Of a stretch of DNA of 64,000 nucleotides, positions 1 to 14,446 are shown in pieces. Source of the DNA: Paraspadella gotoi (taxonomy: Eukaryota > Animalia > Chaetognatha); assembly GCA_051294375.1 (NCBI GenBank), contig CM119265.1, positions 5,974,227-6,038,226 of the forward strand, given 5' to 3'. A program made the translations under genes and the position numbers. The first letter of the stretch is position 1, and every line of letters begins with the position of its first letter. The notes beneath the pieces are model-generated. The model was given only the letters and a program-made list of their open reading frames with translations. It was not told the DNA's origin and did not search any database.

Positions 1-408
1 TTTACTTTAATGTTTTGAGACTAGATATCTAGTAATTGTTTCTCTATACGGTAATAAAGTTATTAATCTTATCAAGTTAATATTACCAATCAAATTTTGT
101 TTTATCGTTAAATATTCGATATGCGCCGTAAATAAAACGATTTATCTTTCCTTTCAGCTCGCTTTCCTCTCGCTCTCTCTCCCTCTCTCTCCCTCTCTCT
201 CCCCCCCCTCTCCCACAAAAACTGGTTACAACAAACGGCGGGCGATCTCTCTCGGGACCGCGGGCGTCCGGTATTCGAATGAGCTTAAAATTGTCAGGTA
301 ATGGAGGCTCGTAGTCGGGAGTCAAAACAAATCGCCACGAACGCGCCGAGGAAATCACAACAATTTTTTTTACAATCGCCCGCGCGGTTTTATCATTTTT
401 TTCCCTTT

Positions 409-1600
<1,192 letters not shown>

Positions 1601-3294
1601 TTATCTATCTTCCAATACCCTCTCACAATTCACCTGGATCACGAATTGGGCTTCACTGTCCCTCGTCTATCATCAAAGCGATCAACATCTTATTAACATC
1701 GCGCGAATCAAGAAAACAACAACAACAATAATAATAATATTTTGATAGGAAAAATGTTTAATTTCGAAGTTTGACGATGAAGAACATCAATAAAAGGTAC
1801 AATGAAATTCGAGCCCCATTTTTTCCTATTCCTAAAATCCAATAAAAATCTAATTTGCATTTTTCAGTACTAGTATGGTAAACATACCTTATTTCTCAAC
1901 TTTGACTTTGAGATTATACTCTCTATGTCTTGTTTGTGATTCTTACATATTTTTAATTATAATTATTAGACCCATAGCCAAGAATGCCTTTTTGAGATTT
2001 ATTCTTGATTGCGTTTCGTTCTACCATGTACATAATATTTGTCTCTATTTTTAGAATGTGTTCAGTGGGAGCAATGAGTTCGCCCATCGCCGTCTGACCC
2101 CACGAGATTTCGTTAATCGGGTTCGAATCATCGCCTCGAATTAGCGAAGGAAGAAAAAATGAGAAATTAGGACCAGGATTCGAACCCGTGACTCATGGGG
2201 AAGGTTGTTGCCCCCGGGGCCAAGAGTCGAGAACGGAATCGCGGCTGAGAGGGAGAGGAGGGGGGTAGGAAGGGGGGGGAAGAGATGGGGCGAATGGATT
2301 TGGTGGAGGTTTGGTGGGGATGTGGGGTGGCGTGTGGCGTGTGGCGGTGTGCGTTTCGTCTCGGAGGCTCAATTAATTTTAAAAAACCACGTTACACGTT
2401 AAAAAAAAAAAGCCTTTTTATTTGTCATTATTTTCAGTTATTATCACTTGGTAAGGATAAGGCTCGAACACTTTCGAAGTTAAAGAAAACGTGGATCGGC
2501 GATAATTTGAAGTGTGATTGAAGTGTGATTGAAGTGTGATTAAACGGTGGTAGTTCGGCGATAATTTCGCGAACACGGATGAGATTCAAGATAAAACCCC
2601 AGATTAAAATTTGGATTAAAACGGAAAGATTTCTGACGCGGATAAAAAGATAAAAATAAAAGTTTAATCCGCGTTGATGAGAACATGGTTGTCGTCTTCG
2701 CTTTCGTCGTCGTCGTCGAAAAGGAATGCCTTGATTTTCGTGACGCGTGCCCAGAAATCGCCTTGACGTCTCGGCGACGCGTTTGCCGCCGCGAGGCGCT
2801 GTGCCCGGCCCCGTGACGCGTCCGCCGGCGACGCGCGCACCATTCCGACTCGAATTCCGACGCAAACGGAAACGCGGAGAATTTTAGTGATAAGCTTGGC
2901 GAGAGGGGAAAGCTTTGGCGAGAGGAGAAAAGCTTGACGAGTAATTTTCTCCCTCCGTTTTTCCCCGGGGGCCACTCAACCACCCGCCGTCGTCATAACA
3001 ACGCTTCCGCGATTCTTCCAACATCGCCCCCCCCCTTCCACTTTTTTCCCAACTCCCCCCCCTTCATTCGTTCTACGTAGAAGCGTTCAACGATTTCCCC
3101 TTTGAAAAGGAAACGAGTGTTTGGACAATTTTCAAAAAAACCCGTCAAGCTATCAAATGGCTGGTGTTGTACAAATTCTGCAAGTAAAACAAACATTTGG
3201 AAAACGTACGTGCCTTTTTTTATTACTAATGAGGTCATTCGGGAAAACCAATAATAAGTTTAATTTTAAGAAAAAAAATGAATGATCTTTCCAG

Positions 3295-5175
3295 TAGGGT
3301 TCCGATAACCGTTAATTTTTGAGAAATTTCGCTTAACCGTTAAAAACTAATATTTTTAACGGTTAACCGTTAAAAATCGGTAATATTTTATAATTTAACT
3401 TTAAAATATTATTATTTAAATCAAACTAAAGTATTTAATGGTATTTTATTCTTAACTCTTGCACCTGAATCTGTTTTATCTTTTATTTCAGATAGATAGG
3501 TTCACATTTTAGTTAGTAAATTAAAAATTTGTTTGAATCTACCTATGATAATTTAGCTAATCAGATAATGCATCGTGATAAATCTTACTTACAAAACTTT
3601 TCTTGCCTCATAGCATAATAAAAATATATAAAAGGACAAAGAAAAAAAACCACAATGTAATCTTAATTCTATGCTTTGTTTTTCTTTTGTCTCTCTCTTT
3701 TCTTACATTATATGTCTTCATTATTTTTCTAGTTGTTAGTTTCTTGAACGCTTGTTTTCTGTTTTATTTTTTCATAAGCCATAACCATAAATATATATTA
3801 TGAATATTAATTTTTTGATTGAATGTTTGATTGATCGATTGATCCAAAGATTTATTTTATTATTAAATATTTTTTCAGTTTTATTAAAAAATATATCATG
3901 ATTGAAGGATAGTTTTAGTTAGCCATTTTAAGAGATAGTTCCTTTTATCATTAATTTTTTTATTATATTTATTTTTATTTGGTTTTTTTAATAAATTTTT
4001 TCATTCATTTTAGTTTTATTTCATTTGCTTCTTTGTTTGTTTTAAAGAGTTGTTACGAAATCATTATCAATATATCTCGAGGAAATCCAAACTTCTCTAC
4101 TTTCTCCCCGATGCTCTTTTATTCTCTCTTACTAACGCAGGGAAACTCCGTTTCTCCGGCGATCACAGCGACATCTTTTGGTTTCGAATTTGTATCATAG
4201 TATATATACTTAAGTACAGTTTTCGAGAGGCTACGCATTGCTGTTTCTGATTGGTTCCCGCCGTTTCGATAGAATTTCAGCATCGATCTCTATCGACGTG
4301 TAACCTTCTTCAGATCTTGTTCAGTCTTGCAATGCGTTTTTCTATAACTTTAAAAGATAAAATCGCTATTAGATATCTCGGAAAACTTCTTTTTTATAGA
4401 AACACTCCTGTGATAGAGGCAACCTTTTTCTACAAATTTGGCTTTCGAAACAAGTAAGAAAGATTCTTTTAAACTTTATATATATATTTGCTGAATGTGT
4501 ATTAAATGTTTTGTTATTTCCTTGCCCAGGACTTCTAACTCACCACCCTAATAGGATACTATTAGAATCGCCTGGGCTTCGACTTTGTCGTCATCTCATT
4601 GAGCATCGCGATCGGCGCCATCGTCTCTTTTACGCCATCAAACTCGAATCCTCTCGTTCTGATAGCGTAGAATAGCTCAGGAAGTTAGTCGTCAACGACA
4701 CGCCACCTCTACGAACTTAGTTCAAAACAAAGAGTGAAACAAAAAAATAGCAAAATAGGATATATTATTTTATATAAAGAATTTAATTTGCAAGAAAATG
4801 ATACAACTATTTGCATGTGCATATATATTATATTTCAATATATTCTTTGATATAAATGCATAAAATTAATTGTAAGGAAAAACTTTTAAAAATTGGAGAA
4901 AATAAGTAAGAAAAAGAAAAAACACTGGAAGAAGAAAAAAAAAATGGAAAAGAGAGAGGTGAAAAAATATGGTGAGAAAAGGAGAGAGAATAAGAGAGGA
5001 CAAGAAAAAAATATTTTTCTTTTAAAAAAATCAAAGATTTTATACCAAAAAATAAAAAAATCATATTTAAAAATTAACGGATTTAACGTTAAAATAAATA
5101 TATTAACGGTTAGGTTAAAATTATTTTTAACCGTTATTAAATAACGGTTAACTGTTAACGGTTATCGTAACCCTA
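3295..5175. mobile_element. Non-autonomous hAT-superfamily DNA transposon (about 1.9 kb)
   Basis: TIRs TAGGGTTCCGATAACCGTTAA (3295) and TTAACGGTTATCGTAACCCTA (ending 5175), one mismatch in 21 bp. Perfect 8-bp TSD CTTTCCAG at 3287-3294 and 5176-5183. Subterminal TTAACCGTT/AACGGTTAA motifs. No intact transposase ORF. Confidence 0.9.
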
Positions 5176-5426
5176 CTTTCCAGGAGACCGTTTCACTCCC
5201 TCGCACGCTTCACCTCTTAACCATTCAATTGTTTTAACCTACCCCCCCCCGCGACGCCCCCTCTCCCAGAAGGGGAAGCCTCCGCGGAGCTCGAATCACC
5301 CGACGAATGCAGCTCCCAAAAGTCCAGACCAGTTGGCGATTCTCCATGGCCACTCGTGGACCGGACCCTCGCTTGGATCGTCGACGGGGATCTGGCCAGC
5401 GCTCGATCGGAAGGGGAGAGAAAGAT

Positions 5427-5464
<38 letters not shown>

Positions 5465-5819
5465 ATAGTTAAAGAGTCATTGCAGGGATGTTTAATCGAT
5501 TGCAGCTTAAAGGGCACTCTAAGCCTCTCGTCCACCACCTCGAACGGGGTAAGTGGCGTTAATGAATCTCTCTCTCTCTCTCTCTCTCTCTCGCTCTCTC
5601 TTCTTCCCCTGAAATGCCACTCCCGTATCTTGGTTATTTCACTTCCCTTCCCCCAACCGCCATCGTCGCCGGTCAGATTCCCGAAGGTAAATGTCGTCCA
5701 ATTGGATCCGGCGTCGTCCATCGGCGTCGGCCATCCGCGTCGGCGTCGGTTGACCCAAATCCGGCGCCGTTAAAACCGGAATCGGTTTTTTTAAGACGAC
5801 AGGCCAGCGAGCGATCCGG

Positions 5820-6115
5820 TGGCAGCATGGTTTGCGCCGATTAGAGTGGCGATGGTAGAGCGGTCCGCGTTGGCGGTCGTTGGCGGTCAAGCGTGTACCT
5901 TGGCGATAGGCAACTGGCGGTTAGATGAGCCAGATGGTGGCAGATGGTGGCGGACGGTGGCGAACAAGTGGCAGATGCGCCGGCAGATGGCCGGCGATGG
6001 CGGCGATCGGGCGATGGGCGATGGTGGCCGGTGGTGGCGATTGTGGCGAGAGGTGGCAGTATCGGTGGCGATGGTGGCGGAGGTGCGGTCGATGGCCGAT
6101 GGTGGCGGTGGCCGC
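5820..6115 (+). repeat. Degenerate GC-rich short tandem repeat (GGTGGCGAT-like)
   Basis: Many imperfect TGGCG/GGTGGCGAT units; the equivalent tract in copy B is at about 15120-15415. Confidence 0.7.
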
Positions 6116-7709
6116 AACGGACTGACATCGGACGTGAGGAGCTGTGACCAACTCGAAATCGTCGGAGGCGCTTGGTGTGGCGGAGGTGGTTCCCAAGGCG
6201 AAGGCGTCGTCCAATGTGCGAAGGGGCGATCATGAAGTGAGTCCTTCGCCTTTGCCAACCCAGACGACAACGCAAAAGCCATCATGGATTTTTTTTTTTT
6301 TTTAGCATGAGGATGAAGAAAGGGACAAGAAGGTCAAGTTGAGATGATATTTTGACTCGTGATGGAAATTAATAACTGAACCTTTGTTATATCACCAACG
6401 ATAGTGACCATGCTCAGGAAATTTAGTAAGCGAGACTTACTTTTTTTTTTATTAGAATTATGATTAATTTTACGAAACTCTTGAAATTGTACATTTATAC
6501 TGTTTTAAAATTAACAAAATATAAAATATACGTGTAGATTCAAACTAAGTGCTCCATCTCTCTCTCACCATGTCTCACTTTCAACTTCATCTCAATCTCT
6601 CTCCGTCTCTCGCTCCATTGAATCGAAAAGCAATAAAGCGACGCGTCTACTTTTCCTCCCTTCCGAGCGACGAGTTCACAGCTTCACGCAGTCCAACGGC
6701 TTACACTTCTCAGGCTTTTTTTNNNNNNNNNNNNNNNNNNNNNNNNNNNNNNNNNNNNNNNNNNNNNNNNNNNNNNNNNNNNNNNNNNNNNNNNNNNNNN
6801 NNNNNNNNNNNNNNNNNNNNNNNNNNNNNNNNNNNNNNNNNNNNNNNNNNNNNNNNNNNNNNNNNNNNNNNCTCTCTCTCTCTCTCTCTCTCTCTATCTC
6901 GTTCACTCGATCTCAGTCGTCACACTTTCTTGCCGAGCGTGAACGCCTTCACGAAGTAGGTAGCTTTTCACAGATGGACGGATGAATGAAGGAATTGATT
7001 AACCAATAACTAGTTAACGTAGACGCGTCATTGACTAATAAGTTAATAATAAGTTAATAATAAGTTACTAATAAGTTAACGTAGACGCGTCATTGACTAA
7101 TAAGCTAAGAGAATCCGTATGACGTCAAAAGTGAGAGTTCTGGCGAAGACGTCGAACGTTCGATAATTTAAAACAGAAAAAAAGGTAAGTTCGAAACGGC
7201 CAAGTTATTCAGTCCTCAGTCCTCACCCTTCCACCCCCATCATCCGAGTCCACACCTTCGAGAATTTTAGTGATAAGCTGGCGAGGAGGGGAAAGCCTTA
7301 TGGCTAAGAGGCAAGAAAAGCATTGACGAGTAAAATTTCCTCCCCCGTTTTTCCCGGGGGCCACTTCACACCCCCCGTCCGTCGGTCATACACACCACGC
7401 TTTCCGCGATTCTTCTCAAACATTCGCCCCCCCCACTTCCACTTTTTCCAAACTCCCCCCCCTTTCATTGTTCTACGTAGAAGCTTTCACGGTATTTTCC
7501 CCTTTGAAAAGGAAAACGAGTGTCTTGGACAATTTTTCAAAAAAAAACCGTCAAGCTAATCAAATGGCTGGTTGTTGCTTACAAAATTCTGCAAGTAAAA
7601 ACAAAACATTTGGAAAACGTACGTGCCTTTTTTTATTACTAATTGAGGTCATTCGGGAAACAATAATAAAGTTTAATTTTTAAGAAAAAAAACATGAATG
7701 ATCTTTCCG

Positions 7710-9702
7710 TAGGGTTCCGATAACCGTTTAATTTTTGATGAAATTTCGGCCTTAACCGTTAAAAACTTAATTTTTTAACGGTTAACCGTTAAAATCGGTT
7801 AATTTTATAATTTAACTTTAAAAATATTTATTATTTAATCAAAACTAGTATTTAATGGTATTTTATCTTAACTCTTGCACCTGAATCTGTTTTTTATTTT
7901 TATTCAGATAAGATTAGTTCACATTTACTTAGTAAATTAAAAAATTTGTTTGATCTACTAATGATAATTTACTACATCAGATAAATGCATCGTGCATAAA
8001 TCTTACTTACAAAACTTTTTCTTTTTGCCTCATTAGCATAATAAGAAAAATCTATAAAAGGGACAAAGAAAGTAAAAACCAACAATGTAAATTCTGAATT
8101 CTATCTTTGTTTTTCTTTGTCTCCTCTCTTTTTCTTAACATTATTAGCTGTCTTCATTATTTTTCTACGTTTGTTAAGCTTTCTTGAACGCTTGTTTTTC
8201 TGTTTTTTATTTTTTCATAAGCCATAACCATATAATACTATATTATGAATATTAATTTTTTGATTGAATGTTTGATTGATTCGATTGATCCAAAGATTTA
8301 TTGATTATTAAATATTTTTCAGTTTATTAAAAAATATATCATGATTGAAGGATTAGTTTAGTTAAGCCATTTTAAGATTAGTTCCTTTTTATCATTAATT
8401 TTCTCTCTCTCTCTCCCCCCCTCCCTCCCTTAATAATTTTCATTCATTTTTAGTTTATTTCATTTGCTTCTTTTGTTTGTTTTAAAGAGTTGTTACGAAA
8501 TCATTAATCAACTATATCTCGAGGAAATCCAAAACTTCTCTACTTTTCTCCCCGATTGCTCTTTTATTCTCTCTTATAACGCCAGGGAAACTCCGTTTTC
8601 TCCGGCGATCAACGCGACAATCCTTGGTTCGAATTGTATCAATAGTACTAATATACTTAAGTACAGTTTTCGAGAGGCTGTTTTTCTGATTGGTTTCCCG
8701 CCGGTTTCCCGATAGATTCAGCATCCGCAATCTCTATTCGACGGTGTAAACGCTTTCAGATCTTGTTCAGTTCTCTGCAAATGCGATATTTCCTATACTT
8801 TTAAAGATAAATTCGCCTTAATTTAGATATCTTCGGAAAACTTCTTTTTTTAATAAGGGAAACCTTTGTGCATTAGAGGCAACCTTTTTTCTTACAAATT
8901 AGGCTTCAAAAGTAAGAAAATTCTTTAAAACTTTTATATATATATTTGCTGAATGTGTATTAAATGTTTTGTATTTCCTTTGCCCAGGACTTCTTAACTC
9001 ACCACCCCTAATAGGATACTATTAGAATCGCTCTGGGCTTCGACTTTGTCGTCATCTCATTGAGCAATCGCCGGATCGTGGCCCATCGTTCTCTTTTACG
9101 CCATCAAACTCGCTAAATTCCTTCGTTCTGATAGCGATAGACATCAGCTAAGGAAGTTAGTCGGTCAACGGACAGCCACCATCTATCGAACTTAGGTTTC
9201 AAAACAAGAGTGAAACCAAAAAATAGCCAAAATAGGATATATTATTTTATATCAAGAACTTATAAATTTTGCAAGAAATGATATACAACATATTTTGCAT
9301 GTGCATATATATTATATTTTTAATATATCTCTTTCGATATAAATGCAATATTTTAAAATTAATTGTAAGGAAAAACTTTTAAAATTGGGAAGAAAAATAA
9401 TTAAGAAAAAGAAAAAACACACTTGGAAGGAAGGAAAAAAAAATGGAAAAGAGAGAAGGTTTGAAAAAATATTTGGTGAGAAAAGGAGAGGAGCAATAAG
9501 ATTGGAGTACCACAGAAAAAAATATTTTTCTTTTAAAAAATCAAAGATTTTATACCAAAAAATTAAAAAATCATATTTAAAAATTTTAACCTTGGATTTA
9601 AACCGTCATAAAAATATAAATATAATTAACGGTTAGGTTCATAAAAATTCATTTTTAACGTCTAACTAACGGCATTAACTGTTATTGTTATCCGTAACCC
9701 TA
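7710..9702. mobile_element. Second copy of the hAT element (same insertion site, inside the duplication)
   Basis: TAGGGTTCCGATAACCG at 7710 and CCGTAACCCTA ending 9702, followed by CTTTCCAG. Flanks match those of the first copy. Confidence 0.85.
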
Positions 9703-9775
9703 CTTTCCAGGAGACCGTCCTCTCTCTCCGCACGCTTCACCTCTTAACCATTCAATTGTTTTTTAACCTACCCCG

Positions 9776-12700
9776 CACACTGTTACCTTGATGACGGAAA
9801 ATATCCCGGGCCAACTTTATCACAGCATACCGAATCTCAATTAGATTTTCGCTTAAAAGCTTGTATTGATATTTTTAAAAGTTCCTGAGCCGAGATATCT
9901 GACCTTAGCCTATTTGGTTTGTTTGTCATTGGTGATTTTTTTGTTTACCAAGTTGTCATTTTCGACATAAATTGATTTTTTTACCCTCAACTTTTTTTCG
10001 ACATGCGGACTTATAACCTTAGGTAAAATCAGTTATTTTGAACAAACATACTTACTCTCTTGTCTTACGATTTATTCGGGGAAGCTCTTTTCATAGGGGT
10101 TTCTGCTGACATGCTGTCTTTCAATGCATTTAAAATCGAACATTCACTGGAAATACGCAGTGCCATTGCAGATGAACAGCATCATATTTCTCAGTACTTC
10201 TCTTTCCTTGAAGTCCAAATTTCATCTTTAAGGTCCTGGGTTAACTAGGGTAAAACGAAAAATTTGAACCTTGGATTGTATTTAATAGGTCAGGAGTATT
10301 TTCCCATGTTCCCATTTCCCCTTTGCGGGTTTTTTTTATGGCGTTTTTCCATTTAAGAAAGAAAATAGGCCCCTCACCAGTTGACTGAGTATCATGCAAA
10401 TTAAGATAAATGTTAAATCATATTTTATTATCATTTGACTAAAATAAATAACCTAAACCTCAGTGATTTAAATAAAATATAAAGGCATTTAAAAGATATA
10501 CTTTTTAAGCTTTTCATTCGACTATATTATTTTTTCAAAAAAAAATTATTTTCTTCTATGAGAACCCAAAATTTATTTATTCTAGGAGGTCCTTATCTTT
10601 CAACCTGTCCTTACATCTGACCACTGTTCTTCTCTCAATTTCTTTAGTTGGAAACTCTCTCTATCTCTCTCTCTTTTCTCTCTCTATCTCATATCTCACC
10701 AACTTATGCTTCTGGAAAGGCTTGTCCCAAAACAAGCAGCTGATGAGTGATGAAGACTCAAAAAATGTTAAGAGACGCAAAACATTTCCGTCACTGAATG
10801 TATAATAAAATCGTTTTGTGATTAAACTTTCTTTCATAGTGTTTGAGTTATTTTGAGATTTTAAGACGACAGTCTTATTCGTCAAACGATTTTAAATTTT
10901 AATTTGGCTTACACGCATTTCGGACTTCATTCAAGACTTTCATTCAGTGCTATTGGACTAATTCACAAATTTCATTGTTTTATCTAAATGACATTCTGGG
11001 AGAGAGAGAGAGATGAGAGAGAAGAAGAGGAAGAGAGAAGAGAAGAGATTGAAATGGCCAACAAAGAATGCAGACAGAGGCAAGTGGTGAAATGATGAGG
11101 ACAGGTTTTAGTTTGGTAGAGAGAGAGCAGAGGAGAGAGAGACAGGGAAGCAGAGGTTAACATTTGGTACAGTTACCATTAAAATAAAGTCATTGATGCT
11201 AATAAGACTTGTCTTTAATCTCAAATAACTAAAATCCTTGTTTCAACCAAAAAACTTTCGTTTTTCAAAAACTCCCGCTACGTTTATATTCAACTAATTA
11301 CCACCATGACATGATATAATCTCATTTGCATATCTGTAGTAAGATATTTTAAAAATAAAAAAAGAAGAAAAACAAACAAAAAAGAAAACAAAATAATTCT
11401 CAAGAGCAAAAAGTTAATACAACTTTATATAAATGAAAACCTATCAATATTATATTTACAGCATAAATCCCTTTTTTAAAAATTTTTAAAAAAATATTTT
11501 AATAGATATGAACTAGGAATTTGAGAAGATTAAAAGTTGTTTAGTCATTATTAAGTCAAAAACCGAATTTCCGGAGGTGGGATGGGATGTTGGCTCATTA
11601 CACTCTATTACAAAAAAAGGAAGTCGGTTTCATGGCTCGATGCGACGGCCCTGTGATATTTTTCCGTTCATCCACCCTTACTAAGCTCAGTATAGTGTAG
11701 TCGTTCTGGCTCGATAGCGATGCAGGCCTGTGATATTTTCCGTCATCCCACCCTACTAAGCTCATAAGTGTAGTCGTTCTCGGCTCTGATAGCGGAGGCC
11801 TCTGTGAATATTTCTCCGGTCATTCCACACCTACTAAAAGCTCATTATAGTGTAGTCGTTCTGGCTCGATAGCGAGGCCTGCTTGATATTTTCCGTTCAG
11901 CTCCCACGTCCTACTGAAGCTCATATAGCTGTTAGTCGTTCTGGCTCACGAATAGACTGAGGCTGTGATATTTCCGATCATTCCACCCATAACAAGACTC
12001 CACGCTACCTCAGTAGGTAAGTCCCGTACTGGACATGTCACCTAGCGTACGGGCCCGTGGAGTGAGTGTAAGTTCCCGGTCACATCCATCACAATCCCCC
12101 TACTATATAAGGCCTCATATAGTGTTAGTCGTTCACTCGTTATAGCGAGGCCCTACCTGCTGATATCTCCGTCAGTCGCACCGCTGACTAAAACCTACAC
12201 CATATCAGATGGACGTCGATTCTGCGCTCGGATAGCCTCGGCTCCTAGTGACTATATATATACAGTCATCACACCCTACTAGCCTCATATAGATATCAGT
12301 CGCTTCTGGTCTCGATAGCGAAGGCCCTGGATATTTTCCGCTGCTATCTCCACCCTACTAAGTCACCTATAGTGTATTGGAATCGTTCTCGTCGGATAGC
12401 GAGGCAAATTCCTCCTCGTGCAATATTTATGGCTCGTCATACAACCCTACCTCTCCCACTTTATAGTGTAGTCGTATCTGGCCCTCGATAGAGCGCACCT
12501 GTTGATATTTTCCGTCATCCACCCATAACTAAATGCTCCTATAGTGTATAAGTACATATACTTATGGCCGATAGCGCAAGGTCCCTGTGATATTTTCCGT
12601 CATCACCCTACCTTCTTTTTTTTTTTTAATTGTTTTTTTTTGAAGCTCATAATTAGTGTAGTCGTTCTGGCTCGATTAGCGAAGGCCCTGCTGATATTTT

Positions 12701-14446
12701 CCAGTCATTTCTCACCCCTACTAAGAACTCAATATTAGTGTAAGTCGTTCTGGCTCGATAGCGAAGGCCCTGTGCAATATTTTCCGTCATCCACCCCTAC
12801 TAAGCTCCCTATAGTGTTTTAGTCGTTCTGGCTCGATAGCGAAGCCCTGTGATATATTTCCGCTCATCCACCCTACTTACAGGCCTTCATATTAGTGTAG
12901 CTTCTGGCTCCTTGATTAGCGAAGGGCCCTGTGATCAATTTTCCGTTTCATCCACCCTACTAAGCTCATATAGTGTAGTCGTTCTGGTCTCCGGATAGCG
13001 AGGCCCTGTGATATTCCGTCATCCACCCTACTAAGCTCATTATAGCTGTTAGTCGTCTGGCTCGATTAGCAGAGGCACCTGTTGATATTTTCCGCTCATC
13101 CACCCTACTAAGCTCATATCAGTGTTAGTCGTTCTGGCCTCGATAGCGAGGCCCTGTGATATTTTCCGTCATTTCACACCTACTAAGCCTCATAATAGTG
13201 TAGTCGTTCTGCTCGATAAGCGAAGGGCCCTGTGATATTTTCCGTTCAATCCACTCTCTACTAACGCTTCATATAGTGTAGTCGTACTGGCTCGATTAGC
13301 CGAGGCGCCTCGTGACTTTTTTCCGTCATCCACCCTACTAAGCTCATATAGTGTAGCGTTCTCGGCTCGATAGCGAGGGCCTGCTTGATATTTTCCGTCA
13401 TCCCACCCCTACTAAAGCTCATATTAGTAGTATTCGTTCGTAGGCTCGATACGAGGCCCATGCTGCATATCTTTTCCGTCATCCAACCCTAACTAAGCTC
13501 ATCATAATGTAGTCGTTCTGGCTCGCATAGCGAACGGCCCTTGCTGATATTTTCCGTCATCCACCCTACTAAGCCTCATATTAGTGTAGGGTCGTTCTGC
13601 CGGCTCCGATAAGCGAGGCCCTGTTGATATTTTTCCGTACACCACCCTACTAAGCTCATATAAGTGTAGCTCGTTCTGGCATCGCATTAGCGACGGCCTG
13701 TGCATATTTCTCCGTCATTCCACCCTACTTAAAGCTCACTTATAGTGTAGTCTTCTGCGGCCTCGATAGCGATGGCCCTGTATATTTCCGTTCATCCACC
13801 TACTATAAGCTCATATAGTGGTAGTCGTTCTGGCCTTCGCATAGCGAGGCCCTGGAATATTTCCGTCATCCACACCTACTAAGCTTCATATAGTGTAGTC
13901 GTTCTGGCCTCGAAATAGCCGAAGGCCCTGTTGAATTTCCGTCATTTCCACCCTACTTTAAGCCTCATATAGATGTAGTCGCTTCTGGCTCGATAGCGAG
14001 GCCCCTGTGATCATTTTCCGTCATCCACCTACTAAGCCTCATATAGTGTAGTCGTTCTGGCTCGATAGCGAGGCCCTGTGACTATTTCCGTCAATCCACC
14101 CTACTAAGCTCATATAGTGTAGTCGTTCTGACTACGCATAGCGAGGCCCATGTGATATTTCATCCGTCATCCCACTCCTTACTTAAGCTCATATAGCATG
14201 TTAGTCGTTTTCGTGCCTCTGCATTAGCCGAAGGCCCTGTGATATTTATTCCGTAGATCCACCCCTACTAAGCTACCATATTAGTGATAGTCTTCTGGCA
14301 TCAGATAGCGAGAGCCCTGTCGATATTTTCCCAGTCAATCCACCCTACTAAGCTCTATAGTATGTTAGTCGTATCATGGCTACGATAGCAGAGGCCCTGC
14401 TTGCATAAATTTCCGTCACACACCCTACTAAGCTTCATTCATAGTG
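9776..14446. mobile_element. Non-autonomous DNA-transposon-like insertion with CAC...GTG termini (Transib/RAG-like or CACTA/Chapaev-like)
   Basis: Absent from copy A, where the site is a C-run (5242-5250). Starts CACACTGTTACCTT-GATGACGGAAAATATC and ends ...ATAGTG. The 16-mer GATGACGGAAAATATC is the reverse complement of GATATTTTCCGTCATC in the right-end repeat unit. No ORF. Confidence 0.6.
11622..14446 (+). repeat. Tandem array of a 70-bp unit, roughly 38-40 copies
   Basis: Consensus TAGTCGTTCTGGCTCGATAGCGAGGCCCTGTGATATTTTCCGTCATCCACCCTACTAAGCTCATATAGTG, head-to-tail with no spacers. Copy number is estimated by eye. Confidence 0.95.

Larger units (their letters stand above)
2877..7257 (+). 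repeat. Tandem segmental duplication, copy A
   Basis: Sequence from GAGAATTTTAGTGATAAGC (2877) to GTCCACACC (about 7257) recurs colinearly from 7260 to about 16622. Confidence 0.9.

Noticed and set aside
2118-2188. Inverted pair of B-box-like GGGTTCGAATC motifs
   Set aside because: No cloverleaf or A box; at most SINE debris.
2540-3238. TIR-domain-like words (VVEWP, SEWC, FWARV) in minus-strand frames
   Set aside because: They are in the wrong order and in different frames for a TIR domain; probably chance.
5819-6285. Overlapping GC-rich ORFs on both strands (also 14718-15661)
   Set aside because: Explained by the GGTGGCGAT-type repeat, and the frames are not conserved between the two copies.
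11622-14446. CRISPR-like array
   Set aside because: Units are head-to-tail with no unique spacers, variation looks like read error, the context is eukaryotic and there are no cas genes.
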